This document shows, piece after piece, positions 49,000 to 62,599 of a stretch of DNA of 64,000 nucleotides; positions within the stretch are counted from its first letter, which is position 1; every line of letters begins with the position of its first letter. The stretch spans positions 21,266,001-21,330,000 of the forward strand of contig JBHGNT010000006.1 of NCBI GenBank assembly GCA_043228905.1, written 5' to 3'. Made by a program: the position numbers and the translations under genes. Source of the stretch: Azolla caroliniana. Its lineage: Eukaryota; Plantae; Polypodiophyta. The notes beneath the pieces are model-generated. The model was not told the origin of the DNA. It saw nothing but the letters and a program-made list of their open reading frames with translations, and searched no databases.

Positions 49000-50914
49000 T
49001 GCCCTTGACAGGGCCATTGAATCGATTGTGGGCACAATAGGCTGGTTTGGTGGGAAGAATGCGACGAGTTATCCTCAGACCTACTGGGCCGAGATGATAA
49101 TGAGGGATATCGCGGAGGACAAACGACTGTTTGGATTCCCTTGGGTGCTTTCACCGAGCATTCACGCTGAGGTGCTTGAGGTACAAGCAACTTGCCAAAA
49201 CTGGGAGGAGTTCGAGGTACGGCTCCTCGAGAGGTACGGGTTCGATGACTCTCTTCGATTGTCGAAGCGGGAGTTTATGGTATGGGTTGAGAGGCCCAGA
49301 AAGGGGAGGAATACGTCGACGCTCCTCTAGGATTTTGAAAGGAAATTTTCTCGACTCTCGGTGCTGGACCGAACTGTGGACGATACAAGCCAGGTCCTAC
49401 TCTTCATCAAGTCAGTGGATGCGCTTGATCAGGAGAAGGTGGGTCTCCGATTGGAGACGGATGAGGGGATTACGACTGATTGGGTTGTGGTGAAAAGGGT
49501 CTACAACCGTTTTGACAAACGGCGTGAGTGCAATGACGAGGGCGTGACGGCAGTAGGCCCGACGGGAGGGAGGAAGCTTGAAGAACAATTTCTGCTCGAA
49601 TGGTAGAGACGTGAAGGTGAATCGAGTTCGGCGCGGTTCCACTAACGTGGTCAAGGGCCCATCTGGAGGCGCGGCCTTAGAAAACCTCACTAAGATGGTA
49701 CGGGATCTCCAAATCGCGCAGGCCCGGAGAGACAGCGGAGGGCAATCGTGTCACCAGAGGCCTCCAGTCGACCAATGATGTATGTGGTGCGACGCGGTCG
49801 GTCACACCCGATGAGATTGCGAGGATTTTACCGAGGCACTTAGAAGCAACGTAGTGTACCTGTGTAATGCACGTGTGCACACATGTGAGACTTGGAAAGC
49901 CCTGGAATTGAACACCGGTCAGGGCGGAATGAAGCGGTTAATAAAGAAGTCGCGGCGTGACACGTCGAGTCCATCCATTATTCCGCATCAGCCAGCATCC
50001 GGGTCAGAAGTGACAACGGCCTGCAATTGAAGGACGTGGGATTCTGGCCTTTCCGGAGTATGACTGAGGAAGGAAGAAACGGACTACGCAGAGAAGCGAG
50101 TCCAAGAGTTCATGGGATGGAATGATCTGGTTGAGGTTATTACTGGTTTCGTGGAAGCGGCGTGCCAGAACTACGAAGTTCTAGTGGAGGACAAGCGAGT
50201 GGGAAAGGTCGAAGGAATAGGACCCTCTAACCGGTACAACACTCGGAGCTTGACAAAGAGCAATGATACCGAGACTTCCGGCTTGCAAGAAAGGTTAAAG
50301 CTGGCAGGTTACCGGCTGGGCACGGAAATAGAAAGAGTGACAGACTTGCAGAATGTCCTCAAAGAACAACTCCTTCACAAATGGGTGGAGTTGTCTCTAA
50401 GGGAAGTACTAGGGATCACCAAGGAGTTGCACGACTGAATCGTGGTCTTGGTGAAGCGCAAGAGGCTCACGACAGAGCCGGAACCATAACCGGAGAAGCC
50501 TGTCGAGGTGCGTACAACACACCTAGATGACACGGCAATAGAAGAAGAATTGGTGGAGAGCCATTACTTGAGGCCGCATTGGGTAAGAGCGACTACGAAG
50601 ACCCCCGTTCAGATTGGGAACATCCAGGAACGGGTGGTGGCCCTGATAGACCATGGATCTGAAATCAACCTAATGTCCATGGATTTCTACAAGAAGGGAA
50701 AATGGCAGATCAACACCCAGCACGTGTGTAGGATACATGCGGCTATGCGCGCTATGGAGGAACTGCATGCGGTGTGCCCGAACGTACGAGTGAAGACTGG
50801 AGATGTCGAGATTGATCAACACTTTTTCATGTAGGAGACTTCCTCACACCCAGTGATTCTCGGCAAATCATACATTACGGCGGCCCGTATGGAGACTAAA
50901 GTGTTGGCCAACGG
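49000..50914 (+). pseudogene. Element I gag-protease, interrupted by J; continues 63713-64000
   Basis: ALDRAIE, CMWCDAVGH, ALIDHGSEINLM; VLANG|STYARVKSQDGRHSV across J. Confidence 0.87.
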
Positions 50915-51001
50915 TGTCGTGAAGATTTTCGGCAATAGTGTGAAAATCCCATAAAACGTACAAAATCGAGTATAAAACGCACTTTATTACACGAGAAACG
51001 G

Positions 51002-54000
51002 TGTCGCGTTGTTACGCGCATGCGTGGAGAAAGGCGGGACCACAGGGGTCTTGGACTAGGAAGCGATGGAGCGTAGGAAGTCGTGCCTCGCCGTCTCCGG
51101 GGCATCCCAGAAGCACACCGGAACCAACTGAAGGGATAGAGAGAGAGAGAGAGATTAACACCGCCTCGCACACACACACACACACACACACAACCCGACC
51201 CGACTCACGCCCTTATGTATAGAAACGCAGGAAAAAGGGGAAGCGAATGTACACAGACGGACACAAACGTATATGTATGTATATATATAAAGAAGAATAC
51301 ATTCCCAGCTTCGAGCTGGACTGAGGTAGGTTATAGTAGTCGTCTGCTGTCAAGCCGCCGTCGGGGAGCTCTCAGCTCGTCGCGCCGAGCGGGGTCTTGC
51401 ACAGGAGGCCGAACCAAAGCAAACCCTAAGCAAACACGCAGAAGGAGAAGAAGAAGAACCTAACTCTAAACCTAACGGTATACCCTCTAATGCAAAATGG
51501 GCAACCCTTTTACAAAGGGCGTTCCCTTCCTTTTATAGAACAAGGAAAGGGAGGCATACAATGCGGGACAAATCCCGACTTACATGGGATCGTCTGTCCC
51601 GACTTGACTACTCTTCGGCGCCATAAAGGCGCCCTCGATATTCACACTAAATGTACATGGGTGCGTACACACGCTACACCCCGCCGATGTAGCCAATGTT
51701 CCCGGTTTCCGCCTCTGGCCGAAATTCTTCACGACATCCGCTCCCACCTAACCGCACATCCAGCGGTATGTGCCAAGTCCGGTTGAAGGGTGAGAGATTT
51801 CGGCCGGTGAGAAACCGGTCTTTCGTGATGCGCAACCCGGCTTGCTGCCAGTTTGATCCGTCGGCTCCGAGTCTTCTGTCGCGCTCGCCTCCCTGTAGGC
51901 TCGTTCGACCCGTCGATGGGTCCTCTGCCGCGATCTCCGTAGTACGCGTTCTTCCGTTGGCCTTTGTTCGGCCGTATGAACGCCCCGGTTCCCGCCGTAT
52001 GCCCGATGTAGTCCGCTTGAGGCATGCCCGTGGTGGCCCGCTCGGCCTCCGTTGTCCAATCGTGATGTCCCGATGGTGTTTCGCGTCGCCTTCGTCCTTC
52101 CGCCGCCGCCTTCCTTCTCCATGATCTTACATCGCCGCGTCAGCTCGAACCGCCATGGTCTCCGGAATGGTGTGGAGGATCCCTTTCCGACGTTCTCCGC
52201 GCTCGCCTTCCCGCTCCGGCACCCCCCCGTGTGCCACATATCCTCGTCCGTTGTTTGGCACCGCCTGTGCCACGCTCTAGTTCATTGCACGTCTTGTCGG
52301 CCCCTTTCCGGCCAGATCGTGCATCGCCGCTCACCCGTATACCGGTGTTCTTTGCATCTGAGGAGCACCCCGTAGTAGCCTGCTTGGCCCTTCCCGTCTT
52401 CGTGCTGCTGCAATAGGTCGTGAGTCTACCGCTTGCCGTCGTCCCCTCGGCCCCACCAGCTTCTCATCCTGGCTTGCCGTGTCAGTCTTCGTTACTTCGA
52501 CGAAGCTACCAGGATCTACGAAGCGAGTGTGGAGGATCCTCCTTCGGCCTCTCTTGCCATCCCCTGACTCTGAGCCCGTGCAGTCCACTAGGCACTTGTC
52601 ACGTCGTTCCCGACACCTCCCTTGTGCCGTCGTCCGCTTCCTTTGCTCGGCACCGCCCGTGCCGAACACCGCCCCGTAGTCACGCTTCAATCCGGCCCGC
52701 GATGGCCACTTGTGAGACTCTTGTTCTGTCCAAGGTGTGCCTTTCCGGCCTGACACACCTCTCCGTGTTTGCCCTTACCGGCTCCTTCCGAAACCTCGTG
52801 TCATCGGGTACCATTCCCTGCCGCCACCGTCCTTCTCCCTCGGTCTCACGTTGCCACGTTGGCCGAACTGCCGGAGTCTCCGGAACCGGTGTGAGGGTCC
52901 CATAGGACCGGACTCCGTTTCTATGCTTGCCGAAATTCGGGTGTCTTTTGTTTGAGTCCCACCCGGACTCTCCTCGTGTCTTCCGCGTAGCTGGGTCCCG
53001 TTTCCCGCCGCCACCTTCCTTCTCCCTCGGTCTTACGTTGTCACGATGGCAGAACAGCCGGAGTCTCCGGAACTGGTGTAGGGATCCCGTAGGACCGGAC
53101 TTCCTTATGCCCATTATCTTCGTCACCTCACCGCCATCAGTATCTTGGTCTTACGTCGACCGCGTTGCCGACTGCCGAAGTCTCTATAACCGGTGTGGAG
53201 GATCCTCCGTAGACCGCCCATCCGTAGCCCTTGCCTTCGTGACCTCACCGCCACCATCAGTATCTTGGTCTTACGTCGACCGCGTTGCCAACTACCGAAG
53301 TCTCTAGAACCGGTGTGAAGGATCCTCCATAGACCGCCGTTTCGTAGCCTCCGACCCTGTCTCGGGTCGTCCTTATCCGCATGCCGAGAGGGCGGTTTAC
53401 TCCGCACCCTCTCCCGTGGTACCGACGTACCGTGTCCTCGGCCTCTTCGTAGGCCTGCTCTCTTCCTCCCTCCCGGAATGGTCATCCGGGAGTCCGCTCC
53501 GCCCGGTTCTCGTCCGGGTCCGTTCGTCCTTCTCCGGATTGTCGAGTCCCGTTCTCCTATCGCCACCGATCTCCCTTATAGGACTCATGCCGGCACTCGG
53601 GCCTGCAACCGGATCGGTGTAAGGAATCCGGTAGGACCGGCTTTCATTCTCTTTCCAAATTTCGACCTTCGCCCGGTCGGTCTATCTCCCCATGTAAAAG
53701 AGGGCGGCTCATCCCGCACCCCCTTCCGTATCGGCACCTTTATGCTGAATCCGGCCCCGATCGAAGGATCCACGACCGGATCACGTTCCATACGAATCGG
53801 AATGCCGATCTTCTCGTGCCGTGTCCGTCCTCGGCCTCCTCGCAGGCCGTTTCCCATCCGTCTTCGCTGGCATCGTGCCAGGACTCCACGGTACCGCCAT
53901 CCATCTCCTCGGTCTTACATGGGCATCCGGGCCCGAATGCCGTATTCTCCGGAATCGGGTTTGTGGGCTTTCGTCCGCTCCTTCCCCGTATCGTCTTGCT

Positions 54001-55970
54001 GATGATTCTTGGCCTTCCGCTGCCTTCCTCCGCTTGGGACTCACGTGGGCAGTCGAGCCCGACTGCCATCGTCTCGGGAGCAGGTGTGGGAAGACACAAA
54101 GAATCGCCCGTCCGTTTTACGCCTTTGTCCGTAGCCACCGACTCTTCGTGGTCGGCGGTCGTCCTTTTGCCGATCGCGTAAGCCCCGTCTGGGCTTGCTT
54201 CTCCAATGACCGGGTTCTCGGGTTGATACGCCTGAAACTGCTGGTCCCAACGTTCCGGTTCCGCGATCTGTATCTCGGCCTCGTCCTTGGCCGTTCTATC
54301 TCCGCAAGTCGAGAGGGCGTTTCGTTCCGCACCCTCTCCCATGGTACCGTCGTACCAATCCTCCGCCGTCGCATGGGGCAAGTCCGTCTCCTCGGTCTCG
54401 GCTTCCGGCCTCGATCCCCCCTCTTCCTCGAGCATCGCTTTGAGAGCTGCGTATGCCTCCGCAATCCTGGCCCCAACGCCGAGCCTTGCTGACTCTCTCT
54501 GTCATTCGGCATCTTCCCGCTGCGATGGCACGCCGTCGCGTCCCTTCCTCTTAGCCTTCTCGGCTCGCTCTTTTTCTAGCCGTTGGCACACCCTTCCGAC
54601 CTTCGACCAGTCCTCCGTAAGCCCATTCGCTCCGTCATCGTCTTCGAGCTCAATCCCGATGGCCTCCCGTTCCGCTCGATCGATCGACCTGACGAACAAT
54701 AGGACCTTGTCCGCCCCCACCAAACCTTGTTCCCGCTCTGGGAGCCGAGCAAGCCGTCGCTCGAACTCCCGGAACGCCTTCGTCGCGCCTCGGTGGGTCT
54801 TTGCCGATGCTACCCACTGGTCGAAGTCGTGTTGTCCCCGGCTCTTCCGCCGTCCTCCGTATGCCTTCAGGAGCGCCTCTTCGAAGGCCTCCCACGAACT
54901 ATGAGCCTCACGGAGCTCCTTTACTTCCGCATGCATTCGGACAACTACGACCCAGCAGAAGAACTCCAGCCTCAACGCCTCGTCTACGCCACGCTCCTCC
55001 ATTTCTGCGTTGTAGGATTCCAAGTAAGATGGGACTTTGTCCCCGTTGAAACAACCGACTCTTTCGACCACTCACTCAACCGCTTGTTGCGCTGCTTCTC
55101 GCCGCATCACCACTCGTGCCGACTCCAACACCACTTCGGCCACCATCTCTGCAAGGTCGTCGTCTTCCGACTCAATCCACCCTTGCCGCCTTTCACGTCG
55201 GGTTCACCAAATATGTCACGTTGTTACGCGCATGCGTGGAGAAAGGCGGGACCACGGGAGTCTTGGACTAGGGAGCGATGGAGCATAGGAAGTCGTGCCT
55301 CGCCGTCTCCGGGGCATCCCAGAAGCACACCGGAAGCAACCGAAGGGGGAGAGAGAGAGAGAGAGATTAACACCAACTCACACACACACACACACACACA
55401 CACAGCCCGACCCGACTCACGCCCTTATGTACAGAAACGCAGGAAAACGGGGAAGCACCCGACACCAATGAAGACGTGAATATACACAGACGGACGCAAA
55501 TGTATATGTATGTATATATATAAAGAAGAATACATTCCCGGCTTCGAGCCGGACTGAGGTAGGTTATAGTAGTCGTCTGCTGTCAAGCCGCCGTCGGGGA
55601 GCTCTCAGCTCGTCGCGCCGAGCGGGGTCTTGCACAGGAGGCCGAACCAAAGCAAACCCTAAGCAAACACGCAGAAGGAGAAGAAGAAGAACCTAACTCT
55701 AAACCTAACGGTATACCCTCTAATGCAAAATGGGCAACCCTTTTACAAAGGGCGTTCCCTTCCTTTCATAGAACAAGGAAAGGGAGGCATTACAATGCGG
55801 GACAAATCCCGACTTACATGGGATCGTCTGTCCCGACTTGACTACTCTTCGGCGCCATAAAGGCGCCCTCGATATTCACACTAAATGTACATGGGTGCGT
55901 ACACACGCTGCACCCCGCCAATGTAGCCAATGTTCCCGGTTTCCGCCTCTGGCCAAAATTCTTCACGACA
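51002..55970 (-). mobile_element. Element L: non-autonomous gag-only LTR element related to B
   Basis: LTRs 55214-55970 and 51002-51736, Trp PBS 55193-55209 (minus), pre-PPT hairpin 51737-51775, TSD acgg/acgg, no pol motifs. Confidence 0.93.
53740..55170 (-). pseudogene. gag: L gag with acidic extension
   Basis: VGCFNGDKVPSYLESYNAEM...KAFREFERR...GLTEDW then WYDGTMGEGAER. Confidence 0.8.
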
Positions 55971-56384
55971 ACGGATAAGTAAATGTCAAGATATGAGGGT
56001 ATAAAGTTTGTGAAAGGAAAAGAGAAAATTGTGAGATATCCCACATAGACACGACAAATACGACTCTCATAATATATAAGGTAGAGCAAAAGATATTATC
56101 TTTGTGTCTATGTGTGGAGCATAGAGAGTTCAAGGTAACTTGAACTAAGAGTGGAGGTGGGCTAGCTACTCGTAAAGGGTTTTGGCCAACCAAAACCGGA
56201 CCGGCGATGGAGCCGGTGATCCGGCGCCAGTGAGACACCGACATCCGGCGGGGCATCGGTAACCGACGGCATCCGACGGCGGCATTCGGCGAGGCACCGG
56301 TAACCGACGGCATCCAACGAACCGGCGTCCGGCAACAATATAGATAAATATATAAATATATATACATATATACACATACAAGGA

Positions 56385-56452
56385 GGGCAAGTAAGGATTC
56401 GAACCTTGCACCTCCAAGTTAGGAGTCAATTGGCTTACCATTAAGCTATGCC
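56385..56452 (-). promoter_or_regulatory. tRNA-like Pol III cassette in J 5' LTR
   Basis: Minus strand TAGCTTAATGG A box, GCTT/AAGC D stem, CTCCTAA loop, AAGG-TTCGAAT-CCTT T arm; acceptor stem imperfect. Confidence 0.7.
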
Positions 56453-56957
56453 ATTTAGTTGAATTTACATTTCTATCATTGTACTTTTACATGTAAATTC
56501 TCATACATGAGAGCTAAAATGAGTGACATGGTTATCATGCACCACATGTAATACAATTTATGCATGTCTTGTACCCTCATATGCATCATATGCATGAGAG
56601 CATCTATAAAAGAAGGAAGGGGGAGGAGAAAAAACATGTTTTTTTTTATGAAATTAAGAAGAAGAAATTTGTTATCAAATTGATCGTGTAACTTGTTTCT
56701 TAAATCTAAAGTTAAAAGTTCAATCAATCTCTCTCAATCATGTAATCTCAACTTCTCTCTTTCCCAATCTATCTTAAGTACTTTCTCGCTAAAGCTTGCA
56801 CCAAAGCTTGTACCGACTTTGAATCCTTCCGGTCCAGAACCCCGGCGGTTCTGCCTCACGATTCGCACGTAGTGACGGACCTTCACGACATAATTAAGTG
56901 GTGAACCCGACGTGAACAAGGCGGTAGGAAGGATCAAGTCGACATTAATACTTGGAG

Positions 56958-59149
56958 ATGGCGTCCTCAAGCAACCAAGCGGGATAGCTCGAAATGATGA
57001 TGCTAATCGTCGAGCAAATGATGAGATCTCGAGACAACGACGCGAGCGTGGAGAAGGCTGTTGATCGTGTCGTAGAGCTCGAGGGCCAATTCGATGGAAG
57101 GAACGTTACGAAGTTCCTTGATGCATATAGAAGGGAGATGAATCAGAGGGACGTGTCCGAGGCACGTCAAATCACAAGCTTCAAGAGAGTTGTCGCCAAC
57201 AACATCCAAAGACGCGTCATCGAGCTTCAAGAAGGTAAGACAACATGGTCCGAGTTCGAGAAAACGATACTAGCGGAGTTTGTGATTGAAGACTCAACGA
57301 GGATGACTCGACATGCCCTGATGAAGTGGATAGAGAAGAAGAATAAGAAGATGAGCGTCTCGAGGGTGTACGACGAATTCGACTAGATGTTTAGTCGTCT
57401 CCCCAATACGGACCAAGTGTTGCTTGAAGAGGACAAGACTTTGTACTTCTTGAAGGCCGTGGACATAAAGGATAGACGGGAGTTGGGGACTCTTCTCAAA
57501 GATGATACCCAAGCAAATGGGCTCGTAGCGGACTGGATCGCGGTGAAGCGGGCATGCAATAGGCTCGACAAGCGTCACCAATGGGTTGATGACACCGACT
57601 TGACGGGATCGACTACCACGGAGAAAGCAAGACCGCCGAAAGTAGCTGAGCCGCCAAGACAAAGTAACGTGGAAGAAAAGATGACGACATCATTGAAGAG
57701 CTAGCGAAGAAGTTCGAGAAGGTCACGCTAGCCAACATGAATTGTCGGGGCCCTAAAGGAAAAGAACCCTTTAGATGCGTGTGGTGCGATAGCATGGACC
57801 ACATGAGAAGGGATTGTGCGAGCCTTCGAGAGGCGATTCGACAAAATATCGTATACATAGAGGACAACATGATCTGCTCAAGCGAGACTAGAAGACCCCT
57901 ACGGGTGAATTTCGGAAGAGGAGGAATGAAGAAATCTATGGAGGATGCCGATGCAACTCATGTGGATGCGATGCACTATGCTGCGTCGGCCGGAATAAGA
58001 GTCGGGAAAGACAAGACTGAAGCTGCTAGAGCGGGAGCAAAGTTTTGGACTTCCATTCTCGAATATGAGAAGAAGGGAAAAGTCACATCGAACGAGGTAG
58101 AGCTTGCGGACCGAAGCGTGCAAAGCATAACCGGGTGGTCGGATCCGGTGGACGACAACACCATACTCGCAGAAGTGATGTGCGACAACCACGAGGTGTT
58201 CGTCGAAGAAAAGAGAAAGAGAATAGAAGAGCAAGGCCCATCAAAAAGACATGAAACAAGGAACACGAAAAAGAAGGACGATGCGGAGACGAGTCGACCT
58301 TTACAAACGGAGGAGCGAGAATCAAGCCGAAAAGGGGAGCCGAGCATACGAGTTGAAGAAACGGTTTGGCCCGTGAAGGTTGGTGTCGAAGACCCCGCTC
58401 GGAGGACAAGGACTATACCTACCTATAAGCTAAGGTCGGACATAGAGCAGACGACGAACCTAAAGAAGATTCTCGAAGAACGAGTTCTTGATAGCCACGT
58501 AACTTTGTCCTTGAGGGGATTGCTTGGCATTACAAAGGAGGAGTTCCATGACACGATCGTGGACCTTGTAAAGAGAAAGAGACAACAATCGGACGAGGAA
58601 GAAGAGAAGCCGCAAAAGGCAAAAACGAATGCCATAACAATGGCAAGAGACGAAATCGATGAAGATATGGTGGACAGCCACTATACTCGACCTCATTGGG
58701 CACGAGCGACAACGGAGACGCCGGTGAAGATCGGGGAGAAGAAAGAGACCGTGGTAGCCTTGATCGACCATGGCTCGGAGATCAACCTCATGTCAACCGA
58801 CTTCTATAAAAAAGGAAGATGGCCAATCAATACAAACCACGGATGGAAGATTCGTGCGGCAACAAAGTCTACGGAGGACTTGTACGAAGCTTCTCCCAAT
58901 ATCAAAGTCACGATCGGGGATGTGGAGATGGAACAACACTTCTTCGTACAAGAATCGGCGTCGCATCCTGTCATCCTAGGGCAACCTTATATCACATAAT
59001 CTCGGATGGAGACCAAAGTGTTTGATAATGGAGCAGCCTTCGCACGAATAAAGAGTCTTGACAACCCAAGATCGGTCCAATTCCTAACGGTGCGAGCCAA
59101 TCATGAAAGGAATCGAGATAGTCTCGGAGGCAAATCCTCAGATTTTTAG
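56958..59149 (+). pseudogene. gag: J gag-protease (ORF1)
   Basis: FDGRNVTKFL, CVWCDSMDHMRRDC, ALIDHGSEINLM; ends A GAT TTT TAG. Confidence 0.92.
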
Positions 59150-62100
59150 AGCGGACTATTGAAGCATGGGGCACAAATAGTGCGAGCAATCACAAGACCC
59201 CACAAGAAAGAAGAGTGCGTGGATTACGAGGAGAAGCAACATGTGTCACACCTAGTGGCGCATGTAAACTAGTACTACCCGACAAGAAGCACAAGCGCCG
59301 GATACAAGAATTCGAGAAGATGCTGAAAGAAGAAAACATAATAGAAGAAGGAGAGTTCGTGACTCATATTATGGAAAAAGCCTCATTTAACGACACCATC
59401 GGCGAAATCGAGGACGTCGTGGACTTGAGCTATCTTCACAACCAACGCGTGATTTTGGTTAACTCCGTCAACATGTACGCTATCATCGATGAATACCGTC
59501 GTGGCATCTCAATGAAGGAATCTGACATCAACACGAAATATAAAACGGTGGATAAGAAGATCAAGCCAGTTGCGGTTCCGCTACCGGAAGATAGCTGGAA
59601 AAAGATGAAGGAAGTCGCTAACGATCCAAGCTTAAGAGATCCGAAGAAGATAGGTCATGTCTTCACCAAAGAGACGAAGGGGAAGCTACGAGTTGGAAAG
59701 GAGGATTTCCTTCTCCCTGAAGAGGAGCAAATGTTTCGCGATATGCTTGAGAGACATGGGAAGGCTTTTGCATTCTTCCCACGAGAAATCGGATGCGCCG
59801 ACCCAAAGGTTATAGAGCCGATGGTGATCTTCACGGTGCCTCATGTGCCTTGGAATTTGAAACCGATACCGGTTCCGAGAGCACACCTTCCAAAGTTGAT
59901 CAAGCTCTTAAAGGAGAAGGTGAGTATGGGAATTCTAGAACCGTCGAATGCTCCTTATTCCAATAGGTGGTTCACAGTGCCGAAGAAGAATGGATCATTG
60001 CGATTCATCCAAGATCTTCAACCCGTCAACAAGGTGACAATTCGAAATGCCGGAATCGGTCCGAGCGTGGATGGATTTGCTGAAGCGTTTGCAGGCCAGT
60101 CCATCTACTCCATTGGCGATCTCTACTCCGAATATGACCAATTCCAATTGGCGATCGACAGTCGGGACATTACAACCATGAGGACTCCGATCAGGCTTAT
60201 GCGGATGTGTACCTTACCCCAAGGCACAACGAACTTGGTGGCTCATATGGTGAATGCCATGAATAAAGTCTTGAAGGATTGCATTCCGGACATCACGATG
60301 CCATTCTTGGATGATATTCCGATAAAAAGATGTTCGGATGAGGAGAAAGATGAATCAAAAGATAAGGAAGGTTGTAGAAAGTTCGTTGCGGATCATATAA
60401 GAGATTGCGAGAAGGTGCTTCAAAGGCTCGAAGATGCAAATTTGACATTTTCGGGAGAAAAATCCGCATTCGGGCAACCAGAGATCTTGGTGGTAGGTCA
60501 CTTGTGTGGAGCATACGGCCGGGAGCCCTCGCCATCCAAAGTGAACGCAATCCAAGACATGAAAGAAGAATGCGAAAACCAAACGGAGGTTCGAAGGTTC
60601 CTTGGAGCGTGCGCGTTTTATCATATATGGATTCCTCACTACGCTCATGTCGCCGAACCGTTATATGGACTACTAAAGAAAAGAATAAAGTTCGAATGGC
60701 GAGATGAGCACACAAATGCGATGCGAAGATTAAAGAAACTGCTTCTTGAAGCTCCGACACCAAGGAAGGCCGATTATGCCAAAGGGAAACCAATTTACGT
60801 GACCGTAGATACGAGCCCAACCGGAATCGGGTGGGTCATCAATCAAGAAGGTGAAGATAATGCGCGATATGCCGTCCGGTTCTCAGCGAACGGCAACAAA
60901 GATATGCCCAAGTCAAGCGGGAAGTTTGGGGTATTGTGTCGGCAATGAAGAAGAACAAAGATTACCTGATCGGATCAGAAGTGATAATAGAGACAGATTG
61001 TCTTCCAATTCTCGGAATGGTCTCGGGATGTGCGACCCCAGATCTTGCTATGCTAAGGTGGATCGCCTACATCAAGTCTTTAAACCCAGAGATCCGTCAC
61101 ATTGCAGGGAAGAAGAACGCCATGGCTGACATGCTGTCGAGGGCAAGATTTTTAAATGGAAGTAACATGATTTCGGAATATGAAGATGTCTCCCTCGACT
61201 TCTTCAAGATGGCTCGATTGTCGGCGGAAGACCAGGACACGCAAACCCTCCACGCCTTCAACGAGAACGAGTACGAAGGAGAGTGGTTACTCATCGGTAG
61301 ATTCCTAAGAACATTGACGACAGATGCTTCGTTGACAAAGGAGGAGGCCCTACAAATCCGAAAGAAAGCTTACCGATACTTCTTGAAGGGAGGATTCCTT
61401 TGGCGACATCCAAAAAGAAGGACAGGAATACCACGTCGAGTGGTGGTAAAGAAAGAGGAGCAAGAGACGCTGATGACCGAATTCCACGAGAGTGCTTGGG
61501 CAGGTCATAGAGGAACATGGGCGACGTTCGAAAAGTTGAAGGAGAAGTATTGGTGGCCAAGCATGTACAAAGATGTACTCCATTTCATGTCCACATGCGA
61601 AACTTGCCAAATATATTCAAATATACGTCATCGTGATGAGTTACAACCGACATACCCACTCACCATACACTTCAAATGGATGCTGGATCTGGTCTCGATG
61701 CCAATGGGAGTGGGACAAATGAAGTACTTAGCGTTGGCGAGGGAAGACTTGACGAATCAAGTGGAAGGACGAGCCTTGACAAATAAGACGACTTCAGCCG
61801 TTTGCAAATTTCTGCTTGAAGAGGTTGTTTGCCGATATGGATGTGTAGGGAAGATAGTGGCCGATCGAGGGGAGTTGGATGCGCACGAAGCAACAGAGCT
61901 CTTCGAAAGACTAGGCATGAAGCTCTCCCTCACTATTGCCTACAATCCGGAAGCGAATGGGAAGATCGAGCGAGGGCATGGACCTATCGTTAAAGCCATC
62001 GTACGGGCATGCAACGGTCGAGTCGGGAATTGGCCACGACTATTACCCTATGCCTTGTGGGCCGATAGAACGACACATAGCTCGGTGATAGGGTATATGC

Positions 62101-62599
62101 CGACGGAGCTTATGTATGCCCATCGAAAGGACGATCGCCTCATGGGTAGCGATACCGTGGGAGAACGAGATGAGCCGAGAAGAGTTATTAGCGGCGCAGA
62201 TAAGGCAACTTGAAAGAAGACCTGAAGATTTAGAAAAAGCGCGAAAGATGATGGAGGCAGCCCGAGTAAAGAGCAAAGTTCGGTTCGACAACACGCATCG
62301 ACTTCGTCCCAAGAAGATTGAAGAAGGGGATTGGGTTTTGGTTTACGACAGCACTCTTGACAATCAACACAGTACAACAAGGAAGTTTGCAAGAAGATGG
62401 TTCGGGCCGTATGTGGTGACAAGTGCCAACGATAATGCCACATACCACCTTGCAGAACTAGACGGATCAAGGTTGGCCGTATGTGGTGACAAGAGTAAAG
62501 ATTTTCAAGAAAAGACAAGACAAGGATCCTGACCTCAATTACCTCGACGATGAACATAATAGAGCGGATGTAAATGAAGACATGGAGGAATCTAATTGA
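59143..62599 (+). pseudogene. pol: J pol (RT, RNase H, integrase)
   Basis: ORFs 59215-60948, 60936-62213 and 62116-62532; FLDDIP, TVDTSPTG, ADRGELD; small deletions cause frameshifts. Confidence 0.95.

Noticed and set aside
56385-56452. Functional tRNA-Arg(CCT) gene
   Set aside because: Acceptor and anticodon stems pair poorly and it is duplicated as part of LTRs; kept only as a tRNA-like cassette
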